DNA of 64,000 bases from Trypanosoma brucei (Eukaryota): positions 928,001 to 992,000 of the forward strand of contig CP000067.1 of the NCBI GenBank assembly GCA_000002445.1. Direction: 5' to 3'. Position 1 is the first letter of the stretch; each line of letters opens with the position of its first letter. Shown here piece by piece: positions 22,680 to 36,300 of the stretch. The translations under genes were made by a program, and so were the position numbers. The notes below the pieces were generated by a model. That model was given only the letters and a program-made list of their open reading frames with translations, was not told the origin of the DNA and ran no database searches.

Positions 22680-25600
22680 CTACATTCCGCCACGCCATAC
22701 TTTGAAGAACCCGGCGTGTGAGTGCTGCTTGCGGCCGAGGGCACACAACTCATTGGCGCAAAAGGTGACAGTCACGCGGCGGTGTGGAACCGCACGATTC
22801 GATCAGATACTAGGGGAATAACTTTACTGCGGCGCCATGTCGGTAAGTAGCTTCGGGCCAACAAAAAACTGGCGATAGCACCAAGTGTGCGTGCCAACAT
22901 CGGGAGCTCACACCTGATGCGTCACCCCTCAAGGGAAGTGCGGGGCGCACCAATGGATGTCATAGAACTTCACCGAGCAGTGATGGTCAACATCTCCTCG
23001 ATATGAGTGTGTGGAACGTACGGGGTGAGCCCATTCGCCAACAGCTTCTCTGCATTCGTAGACCAAATCCAAACGGAGAAATTTTCTCAGGACAGCCGAC
23101 GAACTCTGACGGAAGAATTGGAACTGGTGGAACGCGCACGAATTGGAGAAATGTCTGAGGTGCGGCATCCGTGTTGCAACCGCAGGGGTTGTTCCTTGAA
23201 TCACAGCCACACCACAACACTCAACACCTCAACTTACTAAACTCGATAAGGGGATTGCGAGGTGTCATCGCTCATTGAATGGGGGAACTGGTCGACATGC
23301 AGAGGTAGCTTCCAGGCCGCATGACAAATGAAGGGTGTTTCGTGCCGTTCTGAGAGCACAAGGCTCCGGTCCGTTGCAACTGGTGCGTCAAGAAAGTGTA
23401 CGCGTCGGGGCCATTCAACCTCCTGGCGGCTATATGAGACGGTGCTCCAAAACCGACTACCGGCAGGAGAAACATTTCGTTGATCCCTACGCGCCCCGGG
23501 CAACAGATTACTTATCCTCGCCCTTAAGGCATTCGACGTGAGTTTATGGAATGGAATCGTACCTGCTGCACGGGAGAGTTATCAATAATTTCCATACAGA
23601 AACACCCTAAGAAGGTGGAGCGTTTGGATGTCCACGAGGCGGTGAAAGCGATGAGTTGCGCGCGCAAAGCCATCGAGAACATCGTTGGTAATGGAATTGG
23701 GGACTTTATGAGGGAGGGGCCCACACTAGAACCGGGATTTCGGCCGGGTCGCCCCACGCTAAGGCTGCTTCAGCGCTTCCAGATGGCCCTTGGTCACCCG
23801 TCGCCGTCGCACATGGGAGCGGCATTCATAGTTTACGCGAATGCCTTGGATGTCACACGGAAAGCGGCTGATGGTTTTATTTTACAGCAGAATGAAAGGA
23901 ACAAAAGTTGGCAAAACACTGTTAAACAGCCGGACGCTTGCAAGAGGCATAAAGCAACTGCATCAGAGCGCACTGTGCCCCTCAGCCTCGGACTCGCAGA
24001 GCCAACTCTTGGAAGCATTTCCGCTATCACATGACGGCTTTTTTGCGGATAATTTGGCGCTATCGGCGCGATGCACGAAGAGGGACCCCGAAGACCGCAC
24101 ACCGCAGGGCAGCCCCGGCGTTGTGATACAATGGCAGCAAAAGTGACTTATGTACGCCCGCACGCCGGTGACGAAATGCAAACTGCTCAGTTACATTGAA
24201 CACTTATCGTCAATGTAACATCACGGTGGGGCTCGGGCTGGGGTTGGAAAAGTACCGAAGATGTTTTGGGACGGCGCGCTGCGCAAACACAGCGAATAGC
24301 AAGCCGCAGGGCGCTGAAAATAGAAACCGTTTGGGCGACGGCGTATCACCCAGATGAGGCGTTGCGTGCTTTACACTTCCGGTTTTTACAATTACGTGAC
24401 ACGTGCAGAGCTGATGTGTGGCATTAGTGCGTCTCAGAAGGTATTCGAGAGGCGACCGGAGCGGAGCGGCACAAAGACAGCCAAACCATCGAGGATGTAT
24501 CGCACGCGCACTATACAACCCCACCCGTAACTTCGTGCCGGGACGGAAGCCGCTGATCCAAACTTCTCCAACGCCTTCCTTTTCAATGCAACAGGGCCTT
24601 CCGCGGGAAGATAAGGCCCGTGTGCGCAAACTGTCCCGGAGAGGCTTAGATCGGCGAATGGACATTCTTAAACCAGAGGTCCGGCCAGACCCTCAGCCCA
24701 AGTGAGGACGAAAAAACGATACATCAGGTCAACAAAAGCGGCGGCGCACTTGCACGTGGGCGCTGTGTAGGACCCCTTGCACTGGCGGTGGGCCTGCGAA
24801 AGGCACCGAATCCCTTCCTAATTCACAAGGCGGTGCTGCCCAGCCTCTCGATATACCCGCTTTCGTTCTCCACCATGCCGGAGGCGAGCGCAGTTACCAT
24901 TACTGACCCGTCCCTGCACAAATTGCGGTGGTCAGCTGTGACAATACCGGGCAGGAACAATTGCATTAGACCACAGTTTGTACTCCCCTGCTGCGGCGTG
25001 GCATTGAACGAAGGCGCGCGGCGAAATTGCGAAGAATGTCGTTGGCATGTCACAGTTGCCCGACCGGGGGTTTGCAGACACCGCGGCCTATTCGAAGCGT
25101 TTGTTGTGATCTGGGGAAATATACTCGGGGGCCCACCGGGACACATTTCACGACCAAATGCAAAGAATGGATGCGCGGGCCGACAGCGTTGGCTGGCACT
25201 GCTGGTGGTCGCCGCACAAAATCAACTCATGGGTGGCCCGTTCCACCGGTGGCAGGAACCGTAATTTCCACTGGCGACGCTTGCACCCCAACCAATCCCA
25301 ACGACCACGACCTCGGTGTTAACAACCTTCTTTCACGCTGAGGGACAAAAAAGGTGTACTAATTGCGGTGCGATATGGCAAACACCGAACGAGTGCAGTG
25401 ACGAATATGGCGGCGGATCTTCTGGCGTAGGCGCGTTCTTTTGAAAAATGAAATGCGGTGATGCGTCGCGTCCAGCGTATGATCCATCAGAACCCATGCA
25501 ACCGCGGCCCGTACTGGCGCCTTCGCGAGTATCAACAACAGCAAGCCTCAACACTAAACATTCAAAGGCGTCACGACGGCACCACCTTCGCAGCCACATT

Positions 25601-26200
25601 TGTGATACAAAGCAATCGGTTCGCGAGCTAAACAGGTCTTGAATTGAAAAGCAGGATGCAAGATGTAAAGCAATAACTACAAGACAGCGCATCTACCGCA
25701 AGAAAACATTGTTTTACCCAACAAGCTACCATGCCCCGGAGGCAACATAGCCAACACCAAACGACACCGCCATCCTGCAGAAGTTCTGCTTCTCCGGTCG
25801 CCTTGAATAACTTCAACTCACCACAAAACGACTCCAGCGCTTGACGCCACTCTTAGCTACGACTATTGAAAAACAGGGTAAACAGGAACAAAAATCATAC
25901 AGCACCCCCATTAACAAGAGAATAGACAGAAAAAACTAAGCAACAAACAAAGAAGTGGAAAAGTAGGCAAGTCAGCAAGTCTAACATCTAGCATCGCCTC
26001 CTCACCCTTCAACAAACACACACCCAAAAGACAAAACAATGCACGAAAAATATTCACATCAGCAAAAGAAAAAAAACCAAAAATACAAAATAAAGAAAAA
26101 AACAACATTTATCAGCGGTGAAGAGAACGGTACAACTAAAGAAAAAACAAGAATAAAAAAAGACACAATCAACAAACACAAAACATATTAAAACCAGCGA
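22680..26200 (+). mobile_element. Degenerate non-LTR retrotransposon remnant (ingi/DIRE-like), left arm of the palindrome
   Basis: The ORF fragment 23546..24034 (+) keeps recognisable non-LTR RT motifs. These are 'EPGFRPGRPT' (motif 3, Q.GFR.GRS) followed by 'AAFIVYANALDV' (motif 4, h.D..KAFD.V). The surrounding sequence is GC-rich and heavily stop-interrupted. The RT reads toward the satellite array. Confidence 0.5.
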
Positions 26201-29200
26201 CAAATGGGTATGATTGTGCAACACTGTTTTTGCACAATCATACGCATAAACGCGTATTTGACGTGAAAATACGCAATAGTGCACAATTTGCACACAAACA
26301 TGCCACATTGTGCATGTTATGCAAGAATGCGTGTTTTGCACCAAAACACCTTACATATTGCATTGCAACACTGTTTTTGCGCAATCATACGCATGAACGC
26401 GTATTTGACGTGAAAATACGCAATAGTGCACAATTTGTGAACAAACATGCCACATTGTGCATGTTATGCAAGAATGCGTGTTTTGCACCAAAACACCTTA
26501 CATATTGCATTGCAATACTGTTTTTGCACAATCATACGCATAAACGCGTATTTGACGTGAAAATACGCAATAGTGCACAATTTGCACACAAACACGCCAC
26601 ATTGTGCATGTTATGCAAGAATGCGTGTTTTACACCAAAACACCTTACATATTGCATTGCAACACTGTTTTTGCGCAATCATACGCATGAACGCGTATTT
26701 GACGTGAAAATACGCAATAGTGCACAATTTGCACACAAACATGCCACATTGTGCATGTTATGCAAGAATGCGTGTTTTACACCAAAACACCTTACATATT
26801 GCATTGCAACACTGTTTTTGCACAATCATACGCATAAACGCGTATTTGACGTGAAAATACGCAATAGTGCACAATTTGCACACAAACATGCCACATTGTG
26901 CATGTTATGCAAGAATGCGTGTTTTGCACCAAAACACCTTACATATTGCATTGCAACACTGTTTTTGCGCAATCATACGCATAAACGCGTATTTGACGTG
27001 AAAATACGCAATAGTGCACAATTTGCACACAAACATGCCACATTGTGCATGTTATGCAAGAATGCGTGTTTTACACCAAAACACCTTACATATTGCATTG
27101 CAATACTGTTTTTGCACAATCATACGCATAAACGCGTATTTGACGTGAAAATACGCAATAGTGCACAATTTGCACACAAACACGCCACATTGTGCATGTT
27201 ATGCAAGAATGCGTGTTTTACACCAAAACACCTTACATATTGCATTGCAACACTGTTTTTGCGCAATCATACGCATGAACGCGTATTTAACGTGAAAATA
27301 CGCAATAGTGCACAATTTGCACACAAACACGCCACATTGTGCATGTTATGCAAGAATGCGTGTTTTACACCAAAACACCTTACATATTGCATTGCAACAC
27401 TGTTTTTGCGCAATCATACGCATGAACGCGTATTTGACGTGAAAATACGCAATAGTGCACAATTTGCACACAAACACGCCACATTGTGCATGTTATGCAA
27501 GAATGCGTGTTTTACACCAAAACACCTTACATGTTGCATTGCAACACTGTTTTTGCGCAATCATACGCATAAACGCGTATTTGACGTGAAAATACGCAAT
27601 AGTGCACAATTTGCACACAAACACGCCACATTGTGCATGTTATGCAAGAATGCGTGTTTTACACCAAAACACCTTACATGTGGCATTGCAACACTGTTTT
27701 TGCGCAATCATACGCATAAACGCGTATTTGACGTGAAAATACGCAATAGTGCACAATTTGCACACAAACACGCCACATTGTGCATGTTATGCAAGAATGC
27801 GTGTTTTACACCAAAACACCTTACATATTGCATTGCAACACTGTTTTTGCGCAATCATACGCATGAACGCGTATTTGACGTGAAAATACGCAATAGTGCA
27901 CAATTTGCACACAAACACGCCACATTGTGCATGTTATGCAAGAATGCGTGTTTTACACCAAAACACCTTACATGTTGCATTGCAACACTGTTTTTGCGCA
28001 ATCATACGCATAAACGCGTATTTGACGTGAAAATACGCAATAGTGCACAATTTGCACACAAACATGCCACATTGTGCATGTTATGCAAGAATGCGTGTTT
28101 TGCACCAAAACACCTTACATATTGCATTGCAACACTGTTTTTGCACAATCATACGCATAAACGCGTATTTGACGTGAAAATACGCAATAGTGCACAATTT
28201 GCACACAAACATGCCACATTGTGCATGTTATGCAAGAATGCGTGTTTTACACCAAAACACCTTACATATTGCATTGCAATACTGTTTTTGCACAATCATA
28301 CGCATAAACGCGTATTTGACGTGAAAATACGCAATAGTGCACAATTTGTGAACAAACATGCCACGTTGTGCATGTTATGCAAGAATGCGTGTTTTACACC
28401 AAAACACCTTACATGTTGCATTGCAACACTGTTTTTGCGCAATCATACGCATAAACGCGTATTTGACGTGAAAATACGCAATAGTGCACAATTTGCACAC
28501 AAACATGCCACATTGTGCATGTTATGCAAGAATGCGTGTTTTGCACCAAAACACCTTACATATTGCATTGCAACACTGTTTTTGCACAATCATACGCATA
28601 AACGCGTATTTGACGTGAAAATACGCAATAGTGCACAATTTGCACACAAACATGCAACATTGTGCATGTTATGCAAGAATGCGTGTTTTACACCAAAACA
28701 CCTTACATATTGCATTGCAACACTGTTTTTGCGCAATCATACGCATGAACGCGTATTTGACGTGAAAATACGCAATAGTGCACAATTTGCACACAAACAT
28801 GCCACATTGTGCATGTTATGCAAGAATGCGTGTTTTGCACCAAAACACCTTACATATTGCATTGCAACACTGTTTTTGCACAATCATACGCATAAACGCG
28901 TATTTGACGTGAAAATACGCAATAGTGCACAATTTGTGAACAAACATGCCACATTGTGCATGTTATGCAAGAATGCGTGTTTTGCACAAAAACACCTTAC
29001 ATGTTGCATTGCAACACTGTTTTTGCGCAATCATACGCATGAACGCGTATTTGACGTGAAAATACGCAATAGTGCACAATTTGTGAACAAACATGCCACA
29101 TTGTGCATGTTATGCAAGAATGCGTGTTTTGCACCAAAACACCTTACATGTTGCGTTGCAACACTGTTTTTGCGCAATCATACGCATGAACGCGTATTTG

Positions 29201-29765
29201 ACGTGAAAATACGCAATAGTGCACAATTTGCACACAAACATGCCACATTGTGCATGTTATGCAAGAATGCGTGTTTTGCACCAAAACACCTTACATATTG
29301 CATTGCAACACTGTTTTTGCGCAATCATACGCATGAACGCGTATTTGACGTGAAAATACGCAATAGTGCACAATTTGTGAACAAACATGCAACGTTGTGC
29401 ATGTTATGCAAGAATGCGTGTTTTGCACCAAAACACCTTACATATTGCATTGCAACACTGTTTTTGCGCAATCATACGCATGAACGCGTATTTGACGTGA
29501 AAATACGCAATAGTGCACAATTTGTGAACAAACATGCAACGTTGTGCATGTTATGCAAGAATGCGTGTTTTGCACCAAAACACCTTACATATTGCATTGC
29601 AACACTGTTTTTGCACAATCATACGCATGAACGCGTATTTGACGTGAAAATACGCAATAGTGCACAATTTGTGAACAAACATGCCACATTGTGCATGTTA
29701 TGCAAGAATGCGTGTTTTGCACAAAAACACCTTACATATTGCATTGCAACACTGTTTTTGCACAA
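26200..29765. repeat. 147-bp satellite, about 24 head-to-tail copies (candidate centromeric repeat, CIR147-like)
   Basis: The period is exactly 147 bp (for example 'tgttttt' at 26225 recurs at 26372). The unit is 'tgtttttgcacaatcatacgcataaacgcgtatttgacgtgaaaatacgcaatagtgcacaatttgcacacaaacatgccacattgtgcatgttatgcaagaatgcgtgttttgcaccaaaacaccttacatattgcattgcaacac'. Because 147 = 3 x 49 and one frame lacks stops, a spurious 1229-aa ORF appears (26230..29919 +). Confidence 0.95.
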
Positions 29766-32700
29766 TCATACCCATTTGTCTCTGGTTTCAATATGTTTTG
29801 TGTTTGTTGATTGTGTCTTTTTTTATTCTTGTTTTTTCTGTAGTTGTCCCGTTCTCTTCACCGCTGATAGATGTTTTTTTTTCTTTATTTTGTATTTTTG
29901 GTTTTTTTTCTTTTGCTGATGTGAATATTTTTCGTGCATTGTTTTGTCTTTTGGGTGTGCGTTTGTTGAAGGGTGAGGAGGCGATGCTAGATGTTAGACT
30001 TGCTGACATGCCGACTTTTCCACTTCTTTGTTTGTTGCTTAGTTTTTTCTGTCTATTCTCTTGTTAATGGGGGTGCTGTATGATTTTGGTTCCTGTTTAC
30101 CCTGTTTTTCAGTAGTCGTAGCTAAGAGTGGCGTCAAGCGCTGGAGTCGTTTTGTGGTGAGTTGAAGTTATTCAAGGCGACCGGAGAAGCAGAACTTCTG
30201 CAGGATGGCGGTGTCGTTTGGTGTTGGCTATGTTGCCTCCGGGGCATGGTAGCTTGTTGGGTAAAACAATGTTTTCTTGCGGTAGATGCGCTGTCTTGTA
30301 GTTATTGCTTTACATCTTGCATCCTGCTTTTCAATTCAAGACCTGTTTAGCTCGCGAACCGATTGCTTTGTATCACAAATGTGGCTGCGAAGGTGGTGCC
30401 GTCGTGACGCCTTTGAATGTTTAGTGTTGAGGCTTGCTGTTGTTGATACTCGCGAAGCCGCCAGTACGGGCCGCGGTTGCATGGGTTCTGATGGATCATA
30501 CGCTGGACGCGACGCATCACCGCATTTAATTTTTCAAAAGAACGCGCCTACGCCAGAAGATCCGCCGCCATATTCGTCACTGCACTCGTTCGGTGTTTGC
30601 CATATCGCACCGCAATTAGTACACCTTTTTTGTCCCTCAGCGTGAAAGAAGGTTGTTAACACCGAGGTCGTGGTCGTTGGGATTGGTTGGGGTGCAAGCG
30701 TCGCCAGTGGAAATTACGGTTCCTGCCACCGGTGGAACGGGCCACCCATGAGTTGATTTTGTGCGGCGACCACCAGCAGTGCCAGCCAACGCTGTCGGCC
30801 CGCGCATCCATTCTTTGCATTTGGTCGTGAAATGTGTCCCGGTGGGCCCCCGAGTATATTTCCCCAGATCACAACAAACGCTTCGAATAGGCCGCGGTGT
30901 CTGCAAACCCCCGGTCGGGCAACTGTGACATGCCAACGACATTCTTCGCAATTTCGCCGCGCGCCTTCGTTCAATGCCACGCCGCAGCAGGGGAGTACAA
31001 ACTGTGGTCTAATGCAATTGTTCCTGCCCGGTATTGTCACAGCTGACCACCGCAATTTGTGCAGGGACGGGTCAGTAATGGTAACTGCGCTCGCCTCCGG
31101 CATGGTGGAGAACGAAAGCGGGTATATCGAGAGGCTGGGCAGCACCGCCTTGTGAATTAGGAAGGGATTCGGTGCCTTTCGCAGGCCCACCGCCAGTGCA
31201 AGGGGTCCTACACAGCGCCCACGTGCAAGTGCGCCGCCGCTTTTGTTGACCTGATGTATCGTTTTTTCGTCCTCACTTGGGCTGAGGGTCTGGCCGGACC
31301 TCTGGTTTAAGAATGTCCATTCGCCGATCTAAGCCTCTCCGGGACAGTTTGCGCACACGGGCCTTATCTTCCCGCGGAAGGCCCTGTTGCATTGAAAAGG
31401 AAGGCGTTGGAGAAGTTTGGATCAGCGGCTTCCGTCCCGGCACGAAGTTACGGGTGGGGTTGTATAGTGCGCGTGCGATACATCCTCGATGGTTTGGCTG
31501 TCTTTGTGCCGCTCCGCTCCGGTCGCCTCTCGAATACCTTCTGAGACGCACTAATGCCACACATCAGCTCTGCACGTGTCACGTAATTGTAAAAACCGGA
31601 AGTGTAAAGCACGCAACGCCTCATCTGGGTGATACGCCGTCGCCCAAACGGTTTCTATTTTCAGCGCCCTGCGGCTTGCTATTCGCTGTGTTTGCGCAGC
31701 GCGCCGTCCCAAAACATCTTCGGTACTTTTCCAACCCCAGCCCGAGCCCCACCGTGATGTTACATTGACGATAAGTGTTCAATGTAACTGAGCAGTTTGC
31801 ATTTCGTCACCGGCGTGCGGGCGTACATAAGTCACTTTTGCTGCCATTGTATCACAACGCCGGGGCTGCCCTGCGGTGTGCGGTCTTCGGGGTCCCTCTT
31901 CGTGTATCGCGCCGATAGCGCCAAATTATCCGCAAAAAAGCCGTCATGTGATAGCGGAAATGCTTCCAAGAGTTGGCTCTGCGAGTCCGAGGCTGAGGGG
32001 CACAGTGCGCTCTGATGCAGTTGCTTTATGCCTCTTGCAAGCGTCCGGCTGTTTAACAGTGTTTTGCCAACTTTTGTTCCTTTCATTCTGCTGTAAAATA
32101 AAACCATCAGCCGCTTTCCGTGTGACATCCAAGGCATTCGCGTAAACTATGAATGCCGCTCCCATGTGCGACGGCGACGGGTGACCAAGGGCCATCTGGA
32201 AGCGCTGAAGCAGCCTTAGCGTGGGGCGACCCGGCCGAAATCCCGGTTCTAGTGTGGGCCCCTCCCTCATAAAGTCCCCAATTCCATTACCAACGATGTT
32301 CTCGATGGCTTTGCGCGCGCAACTCATCGCTTTCACCGCCTCGTGGACATCCAAACGCTCCACCTTCTTAGGGTGTTTCTGTATGGAAATTATTGATAAC
32401 TCTCCCGTGCAGCAGGTACGATTCCATTCCATAAACTCACGTCGAATGCCTTAAGGGCGAGGATAAGTAATCTGTTGCCCGGGGCGCGTAGGGATCAACG
32501 AAATGTTTCTCCTGCCGGTAGTCGGTTTTGGAGCACCGTCTCATATAGCCGCCAGGAGGTTGAATGGCCCCGACGCGTACACTTTCTTGACGCACCAGTT
32601 GCAACGGACCGGAGCCTTGTGCTTTCAGAACGGCACGAAGCACCCTTCATTTGTCATGCGGCCTGGAAGCTACCTCTGCATGTCGACCAGTTCCCCCATT

Positions 32701-33300
32701 CAATGAGCGATGACACCTCGCAATCCCCTTATCGAGTTTAGTAAGTTGAGGTGTTGAGTGTTGTGGTGTGGCTGTGATTCAAGGAACAACCCCTGCGGTT
32801 GCAACACGGATGCCGCACCTCAGACATTTCTCCAATTCGTGCGCGTTCCACCAGTTCCAATTCTTCCGTCAGAGTTCGTCGGCTGTCCTGAGAAAATTTC
32901 TCCGTGTGGATTTGGTCTATGAATGCAGAGAAGCTGTTGGTGAATGGGCTCACCCCGTACGTTCCACACACTCATATCGAGGAGATGTTGACCATCACTG
33001 CTCGGTGAAGTTCTATGACATCCATTGGTGCGCCCCGCACTTCCCTTGAGGGGTGACGCATCAGGTGTGAGCTCCCGATGTTGGCACGCACACTTGGTGC
33101 TATCGCCAGTTTTTTGTTGGCCCGAAGCTACTTACCGACATGGCGCCGCAGTAAAGTTATTCCCCTAGTATCTGATCGAATCGTGCGGTTCCACACCGCC
33201 GCGTGACTGTCACCTTTTGCACCAATGAGTTGTGTGCCCTCGGCCGCAAGCAGCACTCACACGCCGGGTTCTTCAAAGTATGGCGTGGCGGAATGTAGGC
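29765..33300 (-). mobile_element. Degenerate non-LTR retrotransposon remnant, right arm (inverted copy of 22680-26200)
   Basis: Mirror-image ORF fragments occur on the opposite strand. For example, 31944..32432 (-) is identical to 23546..24034 (+). Also, 30162..30350 (+) equals 25628..25816 (-), and 32738..32971 (-) equals 23007..23240 (+) with two substitutions. Coordinate sums are constant at about 55978, giving a symmetry centre near 27989. Confidence 0.5.
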
Positions 33301-36300
33301 GGGGGCGATGATTTGCAGCATGTCGTGTAGTAGGCGGATGGTGCCCTGAGGATGTTCGGCGTGCCCATTCACCTTGCTCACGGTTCTACTGGCAAGTTTT
33401 CTATGACGAACACGTGAATACGCCGCTACCTTTTTACAACGGTAAACTGTGCTGTGAGATGTTGGTGGTCGGCAACACCAAAACGATCGATCCCCGCAGC
33501 TTCTGTTCTCGTTTTAGTAAAAAGACAGAACATTGCCGAAACAACCATGGGTGTTTTGTAGAGTATCTACCTCTTTACTTGAAGGAGCCCGGCGCAGTTC
33601 CATCGCATCCGACGCAACGATGGACCGGGATTCTTCACATCACCAAATCTGAGTGTCCTCATGCGATTGATACTGATAATAATGCCGTGCCGCCAGCTCG
33701 GGGGGTTGAGGGGGCTAACGTGTCCCAGCGCGACACTACTGCTTCGTGTGCCATCCGATACTCTGGTTAGGGTGGTAAAGACAGAAGGGGCTTGCCCTTG
33801 GTGAGAAATCCAACTCAGTCAGGCCATGTGCCGACACATGCTTCCCCTTTTTTGAACTTATCCGGCAGTTGCAATGTGTCAGAGTATTTTCGTCCATTTT
33901 GTACATTCGCCTTCAAGCCTCATGGGGGTGATGCAACTCCGTAGGGTGGGACCCATGTCCAGGGTACTTGATTTATGAGGTGCTCCTCAACCACCGATTT
34001 TGGAACACCATCCCTCCACAGGACCCAGTTATTCTTGCGTTGGATGGTTGTGCGGGTACAGTTGCTCTTCTATGGCCGCGGGCCGCCCTGCTCCTGTTTG
34101 GAGCGCGGCGGTAGCATACAATTGCCCTCTCACTTGCCACTTTCTTAACAGATTTCAGCTACCCTCCTTTGACTGCGTTTCGTGTGCTTGCCATACAGTG
34201 AAACTCCAGTAATCCGATTCTCCGCCCGAAGTTGCATGTTCTATATATTTTTTTTTGAAATTTTCTTCGTGCCTTCGTGAGAGTTTCCCCACACTGGCGC
34301 GGCCATCAGCCATCACCGTAGAGCCCTGAGATGCTATCGGTCTGGCGACTGTGGCAGATTCTCCCTTTTTTTATTCATCCTAACACACTCTCTATAATTT
34401 TTGCTGTATTTCCGCAGTTGAACGGAATACAGCAGATGGGGCGACAAGCCTCCCACCCTGGACTCTCCCAAAGATGTCAATTAGCAATCCTTTTTTGGAG
34501 TTCCACATCACCGGACAGCAGCATCTTAGTGCGGATGATACTGCTGATGGCACGCTGGCACGTGCCCAGGGACCGACAAATGAAGAACGGTGTCCCAGCA
34601 AGACGCTGCTGATCCCTGTGCTGTATGATGCCGTAGCCGGAGCAAAGCAGTGTTCCCCATGAAAGGAACGCTGTTGGCTCTTGGCTTCCCCCGATGATAC
34701 GAGGTACTGGACTCTGACACCACGTTGAGGTGGCCGGCATCGCCAGGGTGTTCTATATATTCTCCCCAGCGGGAGGCGAGGCTGATAAGCACTACGCGGC
34801 GATACCAAGGTGCGTCTCTACTCGGATAAATCCTGTGTGAAAGCCTCTCAGCGCTTCCTAGTGACTCCACTTGGGTGATGCCACTTACCCTATGTGCGGT
34901 AATATCGTTCTTGCCAACTTTGCTCCTTGTCCAACGTGATTCGACCCTCTTCTCAGTGGCCGCAAATCGAGGCTTGAGGGATTTTTTTTTTTCGCATCGC
35001 TCACCCCGACCCCGCCACGTGAAAGGCACATGGATCCCAAGTGCGGACCCCGAATGGCGGACGCCCCGTTCTTTTTCCTCTTCGGAATCTCCATAAGTTG
35101 CTTCTTTCACCACTCGACCACGCCCTCCAGCCCTTGGTGTGGCGTCTCCATCGGTTTCGCCATGTCCAAGATCGTTGCGGTGATGTTCAGATCACAAGCG
35201 AATAAACTATCCCCGAGTCACGGGGTTTCATTTACCTCCACACTCTGCCTTCCCACCGTCACGTTTAAAAGAATGAGACTTGGACAATGATACCGGGGGA
35301 AAAAGCGCATCCCGGCATTGCATTATTGGACAAGGCGCTGTTTGTTCTAACCGTTTCAGTTTATTTTATAAACAGCAAAATATTTGTCTGCCGTGTCAGG
35401 CATGAGTTTACTTTGAACCGCCGCAGCACGCGGGGGAAGCGTCGCAGTCCAAAAAATCGCTAACACATTACTCATAAATAAGCACTACAGCGCCGCGCTT
35501 CTCCTTCCCCAGGACCAATCATATTCATTGCCTATCTAGTGGAGCTGATGCCGAATACTCGTGGTCGGAAGCCGAGCTGCTGCTCCATAGAGCCTTTAAA
35601 AATCCTTATTGCGGGTTCTTCAACGAGTTCGTACACAGTGCTAGTTAATATCGCCGACTGAGGCGAAACAATGCCCTCAGCCGATTCGTTTTATCCAATG
35701 GATGGTACGATGATCATCTCCCCCGCTACTCAGGAGGCTTGTTTAATCTCCGGAAACGATCGTAGAGGTAAAGGAATATGCCCTGCTAATTCCACCCATC
35801 TTCCCTGCCTTCTCAGAATAAATCTCGCCTTTCCCAATCGCAGTTCGTCCTGACGATTCCTGTCGCTTTTATCAACTTAGTGTGTTCAAACAATTCAAAC
35901 ACGCCGCCCTTGGTCATGGAAATACTCACTGGAGGGACTTCCAGATCCCCCCTGGCACGCTTCGCATACATATCAGCTTGCGTCTCCTGTTACCTCTTCG
36001 TCAATGGATGTCCGCATACTGTTGGCACCGGGGGCGGGGTGACGGACGCGACGAAATCCCTAACTTAACCAGTCTCCAGTCTTCGTTTTCGGTAGATGAT
36101 GGTTTTGAGGCACTTTGTTGCCGTGCTGGTGCGGTAGTGTCGGTCACCGTCACCTTTCTTGGGTCAACGCGGGGCAGCCCTTTCGCCAAAAGTGTGCGTG
36201 AGTGTGGGTTGTTTGTGGTGCCATGTGGTAGATTACGTATGCGATAACTCCCTTGATCTAGCTGGCTCCTGCGATCACTTTTACCCCCTTTATCCTCTTA

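Larger units (their letters stand above)
22680..33300. repeat. 10.6-kb palindromic structure: 3.5-kb inverted arms (about 98-99% identical) flanking the 147-bp satellite
   Basis: Arm homology starts at about 22680 on the left and about 33300 on the right. The junctions with the array are also mirrored (left 'gggtatgattgtgcaacactgtttttgcacaatcata', right 'ttgcacaatcatacccatttgtc'). Confidence 0.9.

Noticed and set aside
23546-24034. 162-aa ORF as an intact gene
   Set aside because: It contains RT-like motifs, but it is a fragment without upstream or downstream RT domains. I treat it as a pseudogenised retroelement remnant rather than a CDS.
26230-29919. 1229-aa plus-strand ORF spanning the entire 147-bp satellite
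   Set aside because: It is an artefact of a tandem repeat whose period is a multiple of 3 and which lacks stops in one frame. It is a perfectly periodic 49-aa reiteration with no start context, so it is not a gene.
22633-33381. Dozens of 60-160-aa ORFs occurring as mirror-image pairs in the two arms (for example 24788..25264 + / 30714..31190 -, and 24210..24665 - / 31313..31768 +)
   Set aside because: They are duplicated because the arms are inverted copies. They are short, lie on both strands and overlap, and sit in GC-rich decayed retroelement sequence. They are not protein-coding genes.
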